Made by a program: the position numbers and the translations under genes. Of a stretch of DNA of 48,790 nt, positions 48,731 to 48,790 are shown one piece after another. The notes beneath the pieces are model-generated. The model saw only the letters and a list, made by a program, of their open reading frames with translations. It was not told the DNA's origin and ran no database searches. Position 1 is the stretch's first letter, and the number at the start of each line of letters is the position of its first letter. Origin of the DNA: Craspedostauros australis (taxonomy: Eukaryota); assembly GCA_030167865.1 (NCBI GenBank), contig JALAGF010001016.1, positions 1 through 48,790 of the forward strand, in the 5' to 3' direction.

Positions 48731-48790
48731 TGTCTGTGGAGACAAACTCTACGTAGTTTGTCTCCACAGGCAAATTGAAGTCTCAATTTG
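48731..48790. repeat. Two abutting inverted repeats (hairpins)
   Basis: TGTCTGTGGAGACAAACT-ctacgt-AGTTTGTCTCCACAGGCA (18-bp arms, 1 mismatch), followed by CAAATTGA-agtc-TCAATTTG. Confidence 0.85.

Noticed and set aside
1-48790. Prokaryotic-type system (operon, CRISPR array, defence island), rRNA/tRNA genes or transposase
   Set aside because: Genes carry spliceosomal introns and eukaryotic targeting signals. I saw no regularly spaced repeats, RNA-gene signatures or transposase/RT motifs by eye. Neighbouring genes show no evident shared pathway.

Overview
Gene-dense eukaryotic nuclear DNA, most likely from a diatom. The evidence is GT-AG spliceosomal introns of about 180-590 bp, a fucoxanthin-chlorophyll-type light-harvesting gene with an ASAFAP bipartite plastid signal, and two DUF6824-type genes. 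I can support about 16 protein-coding genes and one decayed ankyrin fragment: BSD-domain protein, 5-oxoprolinase, U-box/TM protein, two tandem O-fucosyltransferase-like paralogs, a plastid-targeted degenerate RibD/PyrR-like protein, ARL8-like GTPase, LHC/FCP, TFIIS, isocitrate lyase, presequence protease, LRR-like protein, two DUF6824 proteins, ArsS-family radical SAM protein, and a Use1-like SNARE/ankyrin fusion. The top observation is the ArsS-like gene (41411-43090). It has a plastid-type leader and an in-frame TGA where the family has a C-terminal Cys (GSS-U-QGATT), so it is probably a selenoprotein. Its 3'UTR carries three strong hairpins, one a SECIS-like element lacking the apical AA motif. 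Exon junctions were read by eye, and family calls come from recalled motifs rather than database searches.
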